A DNA stretch of 64,000 nucleotides from a virus, in IMG/VR virus record IMGVR_UViG_3300027881_000536, positions 1-64,000 of that record. One strand, 5' to 3'. Of the stretch, positions 18,163 to 27,059 are shown piece after piece. Within the stretch, counting starts at the first letter, position 1, and each line of letters opens with the position of its first letter. Below the pieces are notes generated by a model, which saw nothing but the letters and a program-made list of their open reading frames with translations, was not told the origin of the DNA and ran no database searches. The position numbers were made by a program, and so were the translations under genes.

Positions 18163-18429
18163 ATGAAACCCTCTAGTATGAACCCCATGCAGTTCATTCC
18201 ATTGGACAGTGTCCTCTATGGCATACATGATATGACGAATGTGAAGAAATCGTCTCTGATTGATATGATAATGGTACAAGTCATCAGTATCACCCTAGGT
18301 GCATTCTTGATGATAGCCTTCAATGCCAATGATATGAGGCAGACCGAGTTGACATACTCAATGGCAATTCTGTTTACCAGTCTATTGCTGACCGGAGCCG
18401 TCTACCGCAGACTCTCCGACAGAGGCTGA
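18163..18429 (+). CDS. Small 2-TM membrane protein (holin-like topology)
   Basis: IMVQVISITLGAFLMIAF and LTYSMAILFTSLLLTGAVY, short basic C-tail RRLSDRG. Confidence 0.7.
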   Translation: MKPSSMNPMQFIPLDSVLYGIHDMTNVKKSSLIDMIMVQVISITLGAFLMIAFNANDMRQTELTYSMAILFTSLLLTGAVYRRLSDRG

Positions 18430-18699
18430 CCATTTCTCTATCGGACATTCGCTGTTCGCTAGTTTTGTTTTGTAACTAAGAAAGCATCTACAAAGGTTAC
18501 AACGGGTCCCACTTCTATGTTCACACGAATCGCAAATTACTAGTCTCTTAGTCTGTTCTCCATCAGTCACATGGTTAACCTTCATAATATCTACAGCCGC
18601 TTTCCTCAAATCTGAGATTGTGGAGGCTAAAGAGGACTTCTGCGACTCGGTTGCAGCCTTATGTGTCGCGACTTTTGGAGCCCTCTTTAGACCTCGCAC
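18382..18699 (-). CDS. Cys-rich zinc-binding protein (RxxICxxC...CxxCxC...K...CPxxKW type)
   Basis: RLVICDSCEHRSGTRCNLCRCFLSYKTKLANSECPIEKW, a pattern common in viral small proteins; only convincing minus-strand gene. Confidence 0.8.
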   Translation of the reverse strand: MRGLKRAPKVATHKAATESQKSSLASTISDLRKAAVDIMKVNHVTDGEQTKRLVICDSCEHRSGTRCNLCRCFLSYKTKLANSECPIEKWSASVGESAVDGSGQQ

Positions 18700-18752
18700 G
18701 AAGTGCGGAGTAACAGAAAGGGCTTAGAGGCTTCCCCCCATCCGTCGACTAG

Positions 18753-19439
18753 ATGGGCGAACGCGTTACTAGGTCCTCTTGCCGTCTCTGTCAAGATACC
18801 GACAGAGATTTGCTAGAGGAAGGCTTACTCCAAGGAAGTGTAATCCCTAAACAGTTGGACAAGGATAAGAATTGGCGTGAGGGCACTTCAGACCGCCATT
18901 TCAGAAATCATATGGGGGAGTTTCATATGGGTTCAAACAGTGATTGTGTTGTATGTACTCACCCAGAAAGACATGAGTTTGAAAGTGCCTATTTCCAGGG
19001 TGGTATGACCAGTGATACGATAGCCGAGTTAGTTGAGTGTAGTGAGTCCACAGTATATCACCACATTCGGCACCATCTTAAGCCCTTGATTCAAAAGACG
19101 GCAGCCCCACTCATTGCAATACGAACAGGTGAGGAGATGAATAGTCTCAGGTCCAATGTAGAGAGATTGAATGGTGAGTTGGGGGTTTTCTTGGATGATG
19201 CTGACCGGAATGACCCTGCCTATGTGAAGAATATTACTGCTTTACACAGGGAGGTCCGGGAGACCTTGGGGCTAATGCTCAAACTCCAAGAGAAGACAGT
19301 TGGAGAGGTCCAGCAGACTATCCAAGCAGATACTGTCAACATACTCAAGGTAGAACTCGCTAAGGAGTCTCCAGAGGTTTGGAAGAGGATTCGCAACAAA
19401 TTACTCCAAGAGGATGAGGTGGTGAGGATAGATGAGTAG
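18753..19439 (+). CDS. Putative terminase small subunit / Zn-HTH DNA-binding protein
   Basis: Two tandem CxxC-HTH-HxxxH units (CRLC...RHFRNH; CVVC...TIAELVECSESTVYHHIRHH) followed by coiled coil; upstream of TerL. Confidence 0.6.
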   Translation: MGERVTRSSCRLCQDTDRDLLEEGLLQGSVIPKQLDKDKNWREGTSDRHFRNHMGEFHMGSNSDCVVCTHPERHEFESAYFQGGMTSDTIAELVECSESTVYHHIRHHLKPLIQKTAAPLIAIRTGEEMNSLRSNVERLNGELGVFLDDADRNDPAYVKNITALHREVRETLGLMLKLQEKTVGEVQQTIQADTVNILKVELAKESPEVWKRIRNKLLQEDEVVRIDE

Positions 19440-19875
19440 TGAACAAGAGCAGATTATGGTGCCTGTTGCTGACCTCATGTGCATAGATTTGAGGATGTCT
19501 AGTCTTCTCAGAGACACTAGACCCATACATAGGAAAGAGATGCCATTGTTTCTGACTTTATTGGAAGATGTAATTGAGCGTTGGTATACTGCAGTTGGTA
19601 GTATGAATGCAGCAATCTATGAGAAATATAATGAACATTCACAAGCATTGAGAGAATTAACAGAATCTTTCTCTAGAGTTTCTGATGACGATACTGAACA
19701 TGTTTTCGAGGAGCGAGAGCGTCTAGGAATCAATATAGAGAGATTTTACACTTTGATGGATTCATTTGCAGGTGCTTTTACTGGTCCTAAGGAACTGAGA
19801 GAGTTCTACTATAACATCAATAGCAGGGTTAGACTCACTATAGAAGCCATGACGGAGGGAAAACATGGGTGGTAA
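19432..19875 (+). CDS. Hypothetical alpha-helical protein
   Basis: 147-aa ORF overlapping both neighbours; GAGGTGGTGAGG SD-like. Confidence 0.7.
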   Translation: MSSEQEQIMVPVADLMCIDLRMSSLLRDTRPIHRKEMPLFLTLLEDVIERWYTAVGSMNAAIYEKYNEHSQALRELTESFSRVSDDDTEHVFEERERLGINIERFYTLMDSFAGAFTGPKELREFYYNINSRVRLTIEAMTEGKHGW

Positions 19876-21172
19876 GATAAGAGTCATCAAGGATGTTGGA
19901 GGGGGGTTAAGAGGCTCTACCTCTGGTCTTAGGTTCAATCCTAGAGAGGCCCCTGAGTTTGCAGAAGAAGACCGCAATCTGGGGAGGGATGACCCTGAAT
20001 CAAAAGAACTCTATGAGGAGAAGCGAAGGAAGGAGAGGGAGGACCGTGAAAAGAAGATACATGGTCTGCGACATGTCAATATCAAAATCCCCCAAAAGAA
20101 ACGACCTCGTGGAGATAATCAAAGAAATGACGAGGCTCTTTCTGAAATGACAGGACCCGCGAGTAGTACTGGTGCTCCCCTGGATGCTGCTACTGGAGCA
20201 AAGACTGGTACAGGTTCTGCTATGGGTGGACCCAATATAATGACTGGATTACCTATTGAGATAGATAATACTATCTTCCAAAAGAGAGAACTTTCTAGAA
20301 CCAGAAGTGGTATCAAAACTATTGAGTCTAAAGCCCGTCATGAGAGGCAAAAGAAAACTACCGTGAAGCGGAAGAAGATGGGTTTAGATGTTATCCAGGC
20401 CCGTAATAATTCCAAAACTTCTCTGAATGTGCACGGCACGAGACATCCAGATAGGGCTACTAGATATCGTTTTGGTGTAAGTAAGAGAACTAAAACTACC
20501 AAAGGGTTGCCCAAAAATCCAGTATTAACTAGGAGTAGACACCGTTCTGGTAGGAACTTACTTTGGATGCAGGCTAATCCTCAGAAGAGGCTTCAGAAAA
20601 CTCATAGGAGTCAGGCATCTAGAATGGGAGTAACTGCGCTTCCTTACACTATTCCTACTCCGTATGGTGCTGGTGGTAGTCTAGGTGCAGGTTCAGGTAA
20701 CACTTTTGCTAGCCTTAACAAGTACAGTCAGCGTAATCCCATGTTACATGCCCCTCCAATTATTAAAGGACCAAGAGCCCCTCAAGTGAGAGGTGGTGGT
20801 ATGGCTGGTTTAACTGCACCACCAGAAATAACTTCTTCCATAACTGCCAGTCCTATAGCGACTTCCTTTGATGGTGTACATTCAACTTATGACCAATTCA
20901 TGATTATGAAGCGAATGACTGGTCTCAGTATGGCTGACATCAATGAGTTCAAAATGTTGGTAAGGCAGTTGAGAAGATTGATGACTAGTGGTCCTTTCAA
21001 GAAAGCGGGTCTCGAAGATGCTGAGCATGATGATGAGAGACCTACACCCAATGCTCATAGAAAGACGACTTCCTCCCCTACAGGGGCTACTGAGATAGAC
21101 CCTGATGATGACCCTCGTTTCTGGGGTGCTCATCCTATAGGATTAATATCACCAAGAAGGGGGCATATGTGA
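19865..21172 (+). CDS. Hypothetical Lys/Arg-rich protein (possible DNA-condensing core protein)
   Basis: 435 aa, strongly basic central region, several hydrophobic-x-x-K sites (IFQK|R, PIIK|G, MIMK|R, PFKK|A). Confidence 0.75.
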   Translation: MGGKIRVIKDVGGGLRGSTSGLRFNPREAPEFAEEDRNLGRDDPESKELYEEKRRKEREDREKKIHGLRHVNIKIPQKKRPRGDNQRNDEALSEMTGPASSTGAPLDAATGAKTGTGSAMGGPNIMTGLPIEIDNTIFQKRELSRTRSGIKTIESKARHERQKKTTVKRKKMGLDVIQARNNSKTSLNVHGTRHPDRATRYRFGVSKRTKTTKGLPKNPVLTRSRHRSGRNLLWMQANPQKRLQKTHRSQASRMGVTALPYTIPTPYGAGGSLGAGSGNTFASLNKYSQRNPMLHAPPIIKGPRAPQVRGGGMAGLTAPPEITSSITASPIATSFDGVHSTYDQFMIMKRMTGLSMADINEFKMLVRQLRRLMTSGPFKKAGLEDAEHDDERPTPNAHRKTTSSPTGATEIDPDDDPRFWGAHPIGLISPRRGHM

Positions 21173-22749
21173 TGCAACTTCCTGTAATTATTCTGAAGAG
21201 TAGGGGTAATTGGTGGGATAACAGCCTTATGCTCAACAGAGATGAATTGCGAGAATTAGGACTTGATGATGTCAATGTGAACCCATTCCACATCAACCCT
21301 AAGACAGGGGAATATTTTGACCCCAGTAGATTCACTGTCAAGCATGGTTATGATGGCTTGGTTGATGCTATGGCTAAGAATATCATGAGGGGTGGTGTGA
21401 CTAGTGATATTGGTAGAGCGAAAATGCTGGCTAGAAGAGACTTGAATGAAGCCACTAAGAGATTCAATGATAGGAAAGGTGCTGGAGACCCGCACAAATT
21501 GCCGATGCCTTATCATGCGAGTGGGAAACCAGGACTAGACCCTCGTTACAAATTGACTCACTATAGTGAGGAATTCCAGAAACACGCTCGTCATTCAGTC
21601 GGTCATCCTGATGATGGTATGGATACATTCGTGGCTCCAGGTAGAGGTGGTAAGAGAACACATCCTAGAGATAGGAAGACCCATGTTCATGACCCACATA
21701 CTGGAAAATTGGCGATGTCTACTAGAGCCTTAAGCAATGTTGCAGATGCTGATACTGGTGAGAATATTGAGGGTGATGAGTTACATCCTTATGCTGAATT
21801 GAAACAACTTATCGAGACAGAGCGTGGTTATGCTTTCCCTGATTATGAGACTCGTGGTGGTATAATCAATGCTGATGTGATGATGGAAGACCACGGTGGT
21901 GGTACCAGAGGTTGGAGGAGATATCATAAGAATCAGAATCCACTCAGTGCTACTCATGGTGGTGGTACCAGTCCAGACCAAAAGTTCCATCGAGGTTTGG
22001 ATGGTAAGGGTTATGACATGTTGCGTGCCATAATGAGTCTACATCCTAAGTTCTTTGAAAGAGGTTCTTATCATGAAAAGACTGTACTAGATAGGCAAGA
22101 ATATCTTAAGGAGATTTTTGAGGACTCCCCAGCAGGAATGGCACCAATCCTAGATGAACTGGCTTGGACTCCAGTAGGAGAACTCTTGACAGAACCCTTC
22201 AGGGGTGGCAGAGTTGGTAGGTCTCAGAGAGGTGTATTCAAGAGAGTACTAGGTGAAGTGAAGAACTTAGTAGGTATCCCTGATGAGACTTTGGCTCATG
22301 AAAAAGGGCCTGATTCTGAAGAGTGGGCTCAATGGAGGGCTTTCCATGATAATTCCGATAATATGCATCTTCAGATGAATGAATGGCAGAAGGCCTACCC
22401 AATGTTGTCTAAGGCGCTTTATGCTAGCGTTCTCGCTCGTAGACAAGGAGGTCTATTACCTTCACAGTTGCAATCTGATATGGCTGCTTACCTTCCTCAT
22501 ATTTCTGCGATAAATCCAGCCGAAATCAAAGATATACCATTTAACCCAGGAGGAGGGGCCAAGTTTAGAGAGGTGTCACCAGAATTGAGTGAAAGGCCTC
22601 AATTTGCTTCTGGGGGAGGAGTTGAGCCGGGTTCTCAAGTTAGTGCTCTAGGTGCTGGGATGCCTGTCAGTAGAAATTCATCTGATATACTACTATCTGT
22701 CAATGCTATGGACGATGCGTGGAGTTTCATCAAGGGGGTGCACTGTTGA
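21169..22749 (+). CDS. Hypothetical protein with C-terminal AWxxLK tag
   Basis: 526 aa; N-terminal VIILK|S; ends AMDDAWSFIKGVHC. Confidence 0.8.
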   Translation: MMQLPVIILKSRGNWWDNSLMLNRDELRELGLDDVNVNPFHINPKTGEYFDPSRFTVKHGYDGLVDAMAKNIMRGGVTSDIGRAKMLARRDLNEATKRFNDRKGAGDPHKLPMPYHASGKPGLDPRYKLTHYSEEFQKHARHSVGHPDDGMDTFVAPGRGGKRTHPRDRKTHVHDPHTGKLAMSTRALSNVADADTGENIEGDELHPYAELKQLIETERGYAFPDYETRGGIINADVMMEDHGGGTRGWRRYHKNQNPLSATHGGGTSPDQKFHRGLDGKGYDMLRAIMSLHPKFFERGSYHEKTVLDRQEYLKEIFEDSPAGMAPILDELAWTPVGELLTEPFRGGRVGRSQRGVFKRVLGEVKNLVGIPDETLAHEKGPDSEEWAQWRAFHDNSDNMHLQMNEWQKAYPMLSKALYASVLARRQGGLLPSQLQSDMAAYLPHISAINPAEIKDIPFNPGGGAKFREVSPELSERPQFASGGGVEPGSQVSALGAGMPVSRNSSDILLSVNAMDDAWSFIKGVHC

Positions 22750-24209
22750 CAGCAATTGATAATGTTTGGGAGTTCTTGAAGGACTATCAAGCCGTAGTAC
22801 CTGGAACAGAAGGTGAGAGAGGGCCAAATAGGCCACTTACTCAGAGAGGATTAACTCCAACAGAATTATCAGATGCACCATACACATCTGCAGCACCTCC
22901 TGTTATGGCTGGTGGTATGGGCCTTGCTGGTGGTTTGATGGGTGGTGTGCTGGGTGGGCCGCTTGGTGCAGTAGCAGGTGCTGGTTTAGGTACTGCTTTT
23001 GGTGGTGCTATGGGTCAGTCAATAAAGCCTCAATCAATTAGAGAGCGTCAAGCACAGTTTAGAGCACAGCAAAGGATGCTAAGACAGAAAATGAGGCAAT
23101 GGAATGAGTTGAATCGTAGAGTTCAGTCTGGTACTGCTCGTTTCCCTGAGGGTTATGAGCATGGCCCTAGAATTCAAGTTGGTAACAGAACTTATCCTGT
23201 AAGAGACCTTCTTTGGCAACCTGGACATGAACGAGAATTAGTGATGGGTATACCTAAGGAATTCACAAGTGGGAAGAAGAGAGGGGAGCAAAGGAACATA
23301 TTTGGCCCTGATAACAGACATTTAGATGTTGGAAAACATCCTGTTCCCGGAAGGACAGTCTTTGGTCCCGGAGGATATGTAGAGGGATTCAGAGATTGGT
23401 ACCAAAGTGGTATGAGTAATGCTGATAGGGATGCTGGTAGAAGAGCCGCTTTCCTCAATGATAAATTCTCTCGTCAAGGGTGGCTCTATCCTGATGAGAT
23501 GAGGGCTCTACAAGACCATCATGCTAGTGTTAATCCAATGTTAGTTGCTGGTGCTGCTGATAAACTCGGCCTGATTCGTGAAAAGAAGGTTAAGGACAAG
23601 AAAGGAGAGGCTGAAGAAGAATCTTCAGATGATAGTCTTGAAGATGGTCTTAAAGAAGAGAGTGAGGAACTAAAGCGACTTGCAGAGAGAGGTAAGAAGA
23701 AAACTGGTAAAATTTCAGTAACGGAGCCTTCTGAATCGGAATGGCATGAGAATTTCGAGACACACACAGCCAAGGGTCATGCAACGAAGGATGGTAGTAC
23801 AGATACATATCACAATATGCATGCAGATACTTATGCCAAAAAGATGAAAGCGGCTTGGCCCAAGGGTTTTGATTTGGAGCCTCCTGAATCAAATAAATGG
23901 AGATTGGGTGATTGGGTGAGGAAGAGACATTTCGGAGTTTCTCCTGAGGCTAAGAATTTGAGTAAGTACTGGAAGACGATGCAGAAAGTCTTACCTCATT
24001 TGGACCAAGAGGGTATGTTGAAATGGATGCGTAGTCATCCAGGCTGGGAAGGAGTTCCAGACGATTTCCAGTGGCTTCCTGAAAAGGGCTCTAAATCTAG
24101 TGAGATTAAATCAGAAGGAGTCTCAGACTCTTCTGGTAGAAAGTCGAAGAAAAGTCTACATCAAATACATCCTTTAGAACAGGCATGGGCCTTATTGAAG
24201 ATAGGGTGA
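22746..24209 (+). CDS. Hypothetical protein tagged at both ends, with Gly-zipper hydrophobic segment
   Basis: TTG 22746 after GGGGGTG preferred over 22719; AIDNVWEFLK and PLEQAWALLKIG; GGMGLAGGLMGGVLGGPLGAVAGAGLGTAFGGAMG. Confidence 0.8.
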   Translation: MTAIDNVWEFLKDYQAVVPGTEGERGPNRPLTQRGLTPTELSDAPYTSAAPPVMAGGMGLAGGLMGGVLGGPLGAVAGAGLGTAFGGAMGQSIKPQSIRERQAQFRAQQRMLRQKMRQWNELNRRVQSGTARFPEGYEHGPRIQVGNRTYPVRDLLWQPGHERELVMGIPKEFTSGKKRGEQRNIFGPDNRHLDVGKHPVPGRTVFGPGGYVEGFRDWYQSGMSNADRDAGRRAAFLNDKFSRQGWLYPDEMRALQDHHASVNPMLVAGAADKLGLIREKKVKDKKGEAEEESSDDSLEDGLKEESEELKRLAERGKKKTGKISVTEPSESEWHENFETHTAKGHATKDGSTDTYHNMHADTYAKKMKAAWPKGFDLEPPESNKWRLGDWVRKRHFGVSPEAKNLSKYWKTMQKVLPHLDQEGMLKWMRSHPGWEGVPDDFQWLPEKGSKSSEIKSEGVSDSSGRKSKKSLHQIHPLEQAWALLKIG

Positions 24210-24213
24210 TTGC

Positions 24214-25617
24214 TTGGTTGATAATGAGACTCAGGATGTCATTGAAGATATTGATTGGGAGATGTCCAAGAGGGACTTCAAGTTCTTTTTCGAGGAAATA
24301 CTTGGTTGGCAGTTGGCTGACCATCATGCTAAGTGGTTTCATAATCTAAACACACACAACAGGTACTGTGTCAAAGCGGCTCGTGACCATGGGAAATCCA
24401 CTTTGTTTCTAGGTTATATCCTTTGGAAGGCAGTATTTTGCCCTAGAACAGATATTATGATATTCAGCCACAGCCTAGACCAGTCAATCCGCCATATGAG
24501 AGGTCTCAATGACCTGATAGAGAGTAGCCCTATGCTGGCTAAGATGAAGGATAATGATGCTTGGTCCAAAACATTCTTCGGTTTCACTAACGGTTCTCGA
24601 ATAAACGCTAAGTCAGTGGGTGGTGGTGTCCGTGGTGCTCACCCGGATATTGTCCTCCTAGACGACATATTGTGGGGTACTACAGAAACTGAATTGCAGA
24701 GAGTAGCATCTTGGTTCTATGAGGTAATGGTACCAACAGTGCATCATACCTCTCAGTTGTGTATAGTAGGTACACCATTCACTCCTACTGACCTGTATAC
24801 TGAACTTGAGGCTAGGGATAATTATCTAGTTGAAACTTACCCAGCAATTAACGAGAAGGGTGAGCCTCTTTGGCCATGGCGTTGGTCACTCGAGGCTCTT
24901 GATTCTCGAAGGATGGATATGCCAGCCATAGCCTTCACACGCGAGTATCTCTGTGAACCAATGGATGATATGTCCAGCCTATTCCCCTCTACTATTGTCA
25001 ATGCCTGTAAAGACCCGTATCTCAATATCATAGATAGAAAGGACCCCGATAGTGATGACCAGTATTTTATCGGTTGGGACCCAGCCATATCTTCTGACCG
25101 GCAGGCTGACTATACTGTCATGCTAGTGTTACGAAGACCTGCAGATAACCCTGAATTACTGGAGTTAGTACATGTCGTGAGACGAAAGGGTATGGATTTC
25201 CGTACTCAGATTTTTGAGATTACCAGGCTTAACAGTAGATTCCGACCTGATGTGATAGAACTTGAGGCTAACCATTTCCAGCGAGTCTTTGCTACAGAAC
25301 TAAGAGCAGATACTGACCTTCCTATCAAGACATTCATCAGTACCAAGCAAAGAAGGGAGAGCCTTTTAATGGGATTAGTTCTACGCTTTGAACGCGAGCA
25401 GATGCGTCTGCCATGGGGTGACGAGAGGTCTCGGGACCTCATCAGCCAATTGGAGCACGAACTCATCATGTTTGGAATGAGCAGAGAAGGTAAGTTGGAG
25501 AGCATTGCTCGACATGATGACTTTGCTATAGCGCTTGCTTTGGCAGTTTGGGCAACTACTGAGTTCCGTGAGAGGATAATCGACTTGGATGACTTGATGG
25601 CGGGGTTGATAGATTGA
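24214..25617 (+). CDS. terL: Terminase large subunit
   Basis: Walker A AARDHGKST, Walker B DIVLLDD, coupling motif IVGTP, nuclease acidic residues IGWDPA / DYTV / HDDFAIALALA. Confidence 0.95.
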   Translation: MVDNETQDVIEDIDWEMSKRDFKFFFEEILGWQLADHHAKWFHNLNTHNRYCVKAARDHGKSTLFLGYILWKAVFCPRTDIMIFSHSLDQSIRHMRGLNDLIESSPMLAKMKDNDAWSKTFFGFTNGSRINAKSVGGGVRGAHPDIVLLDDILWGTTETELQRVASWFYEVMVPTVHHTSQLCIVGTPFTPTDLYTELEARDNYLVETYPAINEKGEPLWPWRWSLEALDSRRMDMPAIAFTREYLCEPMDDMSSLFPSTIVNACKDPYLNIIDRKDPDSDDQYFIGWDPAISSDRQADYTVMLVLRRPADNPELLELVHVVRRKGMDFRTQIFEITRLNSRFRPDVIELEANHFQRVFATELRADTDLPIKTFISTKQRRESLLMGLVLRFEREQMRLPWGDERSRDLISQLEHELIMFGMSREGKLESIARHDDFAIALALAVWATTEFRERIIDLDDLMAGLID

Positions 25618-27059
25618 CTTGGGGTAGTATGCTAATTGGTGACGATTATGATGCTGAAACTGACGAGCCTGATGCTCATAAGGCTTGGGTTATCAAGCAA
25701 CTCATGCAACATCCTTTGTTCAAAACCAATCAGATAGCCGCCCCACAGTTTGGGGCTGCTCCTCCTACACCTAAAACGGGTGAGGGTAAGTTAACTCCTA
25801 TTCAACCGCCAGCCGGAAATCCCAAGGAAGAGGAAGAGAAACGCAAGAAACTGATGCAACTCAGTGACGATAAAGTAGTAGATGGGTGGTTCGAGGACCA
25901 GTTTGGGAAGTCTGCTTCTGAACTCATCAAAGACCTTCGTATGAAAAGGAGAGTACACAAGCAGTTTTCCGGGGATATTGACCAATTGATAGACGCTGTA
26001 AGAAAGGCTAAGGAAGCAGAGATTGAATCTGTACTGGATAATTTACAGTGGGCTTCGGAACATTTGGATGCTATCAGGGGTTTAGGTATAACTGACCGAG
26101 ATTTGAAAGCATTGAGAAAGTACGGTACAAACAGAGAGATATCACTCAAACAAGCATGTATCCAATGGGGTAATGCTAACAATGTTATCAAGAGATTATC
26201 CCAAATAGAGGGAGAGTGGGATAATGAGCAAAGGGATTTATGGGTAGAGTCTGTGAGTAAGAGAAAAGAGTCTAAGGGAATGTGGACGACTACATTGCAT
26301 CAAGTGGATAGTCTTAACAAGTCAGAGTCTGCATATTTGAATGCCGCAGTAGATATTTTAGGTCACAAGGGGTCTATGGATTCTAGAACTCTTTTGGAGA
26401 ACATGTCCTATATGGATGGTAGAAATAAGTCATTCTCGGTACAGAAATTGAGCGCTTTACTCAAGACCTATGGGCTTGAATACAACATCATTAAACATCG
26501 TGATAGATGGGAGTTACTACCAACAGACTCTTCTGATATCATCAAAGACCCTTGGGCATATGCTGCAGGGTTTCTGGATGCTGATGGTTATATCACCATA
26601 TCTAAGAGAGGAGAGCCTAGAGCAGGGATAATAGCCACAGGTCAGCGAGGGAAGGCTCATTGCGAACAGATGCACGATTTACTGGGTTGTGGAGTCTTAC
26701 AATTAGACTTGAAAGTACATAAGACCAGTAAGAAGAGTCAGCACCGGTTGCAGTTCTATAGTGCTGATGACCTAAGGAGACTTCTACAAGGTACTAAACC
26801 TCATCTAAGACTCAAGAAAAAGCAAGCAGAGAGTGTTCTAGAATTATTGAATTTACGAGGTCGTAATGGTGATATGATTACCAAGCGGAGAGATGAGTTG
26901 TTCAAGATAGTCAAGTGGGAAAACTGGCATGATGTCAAGGGTGATGAACTACTTGAAGAGTGGAATGTTGATGAACAAGAGGTCCTCTCATGGGGTAGGA
27001 GTGACCCCGAGGTCATCAGGCTTGTTGACGATATGAGTAAATTGGTAGGTGGTATCTGA
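25614..27059 (+). CDS. Fusion protein with C-terminal single-motif LAGLIDADG endonuclease domain
   Basis: WAYAAGFLDADGYITI, downstream LGCG, RLQF, PHLRLKKKQAE; ~310-aa unrelated N-terminal part. Confidence 0.85.
   Translation: MTWGSMLIGDDYDAETDEPDAHKAWVIKQLMQHPLFKTNQIAAPQFGAAPPTPKTGEGKLTPIQPPAGNPKEEEEKRKKLMQLSDDKVVDGWFEDQFGKSASELIKDLRMKRRVHKQFSGDIDQLIDAVRKAKEAEIESVLDNLQWASEHLDAIRGLGITDRDLKALRKYGTNREISLKQACIQWGNANNVIKRLSQIEGEWDNEQRDLWVESVSKRKESKGMWTTTLHQVDSLNKSESAYLNAAVDILGHKGSMDSRTLLENMSYMDGRNKSFSVQKLSALLKTYGLEYNIIKHRDRWELLPTDSSDIIKDPWAYAAGFLDADGYITISKRGEPRAGIIATGQRGKAHCEQMHDLLGCGVLQLDLKVHKTSKKSQHRLQFYSADDLRRLLQGTKPHLRLKKKQAESVLELLNLRGRNGDMITKRRDELFKIVKWENWHDVKGDELLEEWNVDEQEVLSWGRSDPEVIRLVDDMSKLVGGI

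Noticed and set aside
19925-19950. GGTTCAATCC T-loop-like string as a tRNA
   Set aside because: Inside a CDS and no cloverleaf could be built; no tRNA supported anywhere in the window.
24214-27059. Intein or group I intron in terL/LAGLIDADG
   Set aside because: TerL is contiguous and normal length; no Cys/Ser N-terminal block or His-Asn C-terminal splicing motif around the endonuclease domain.
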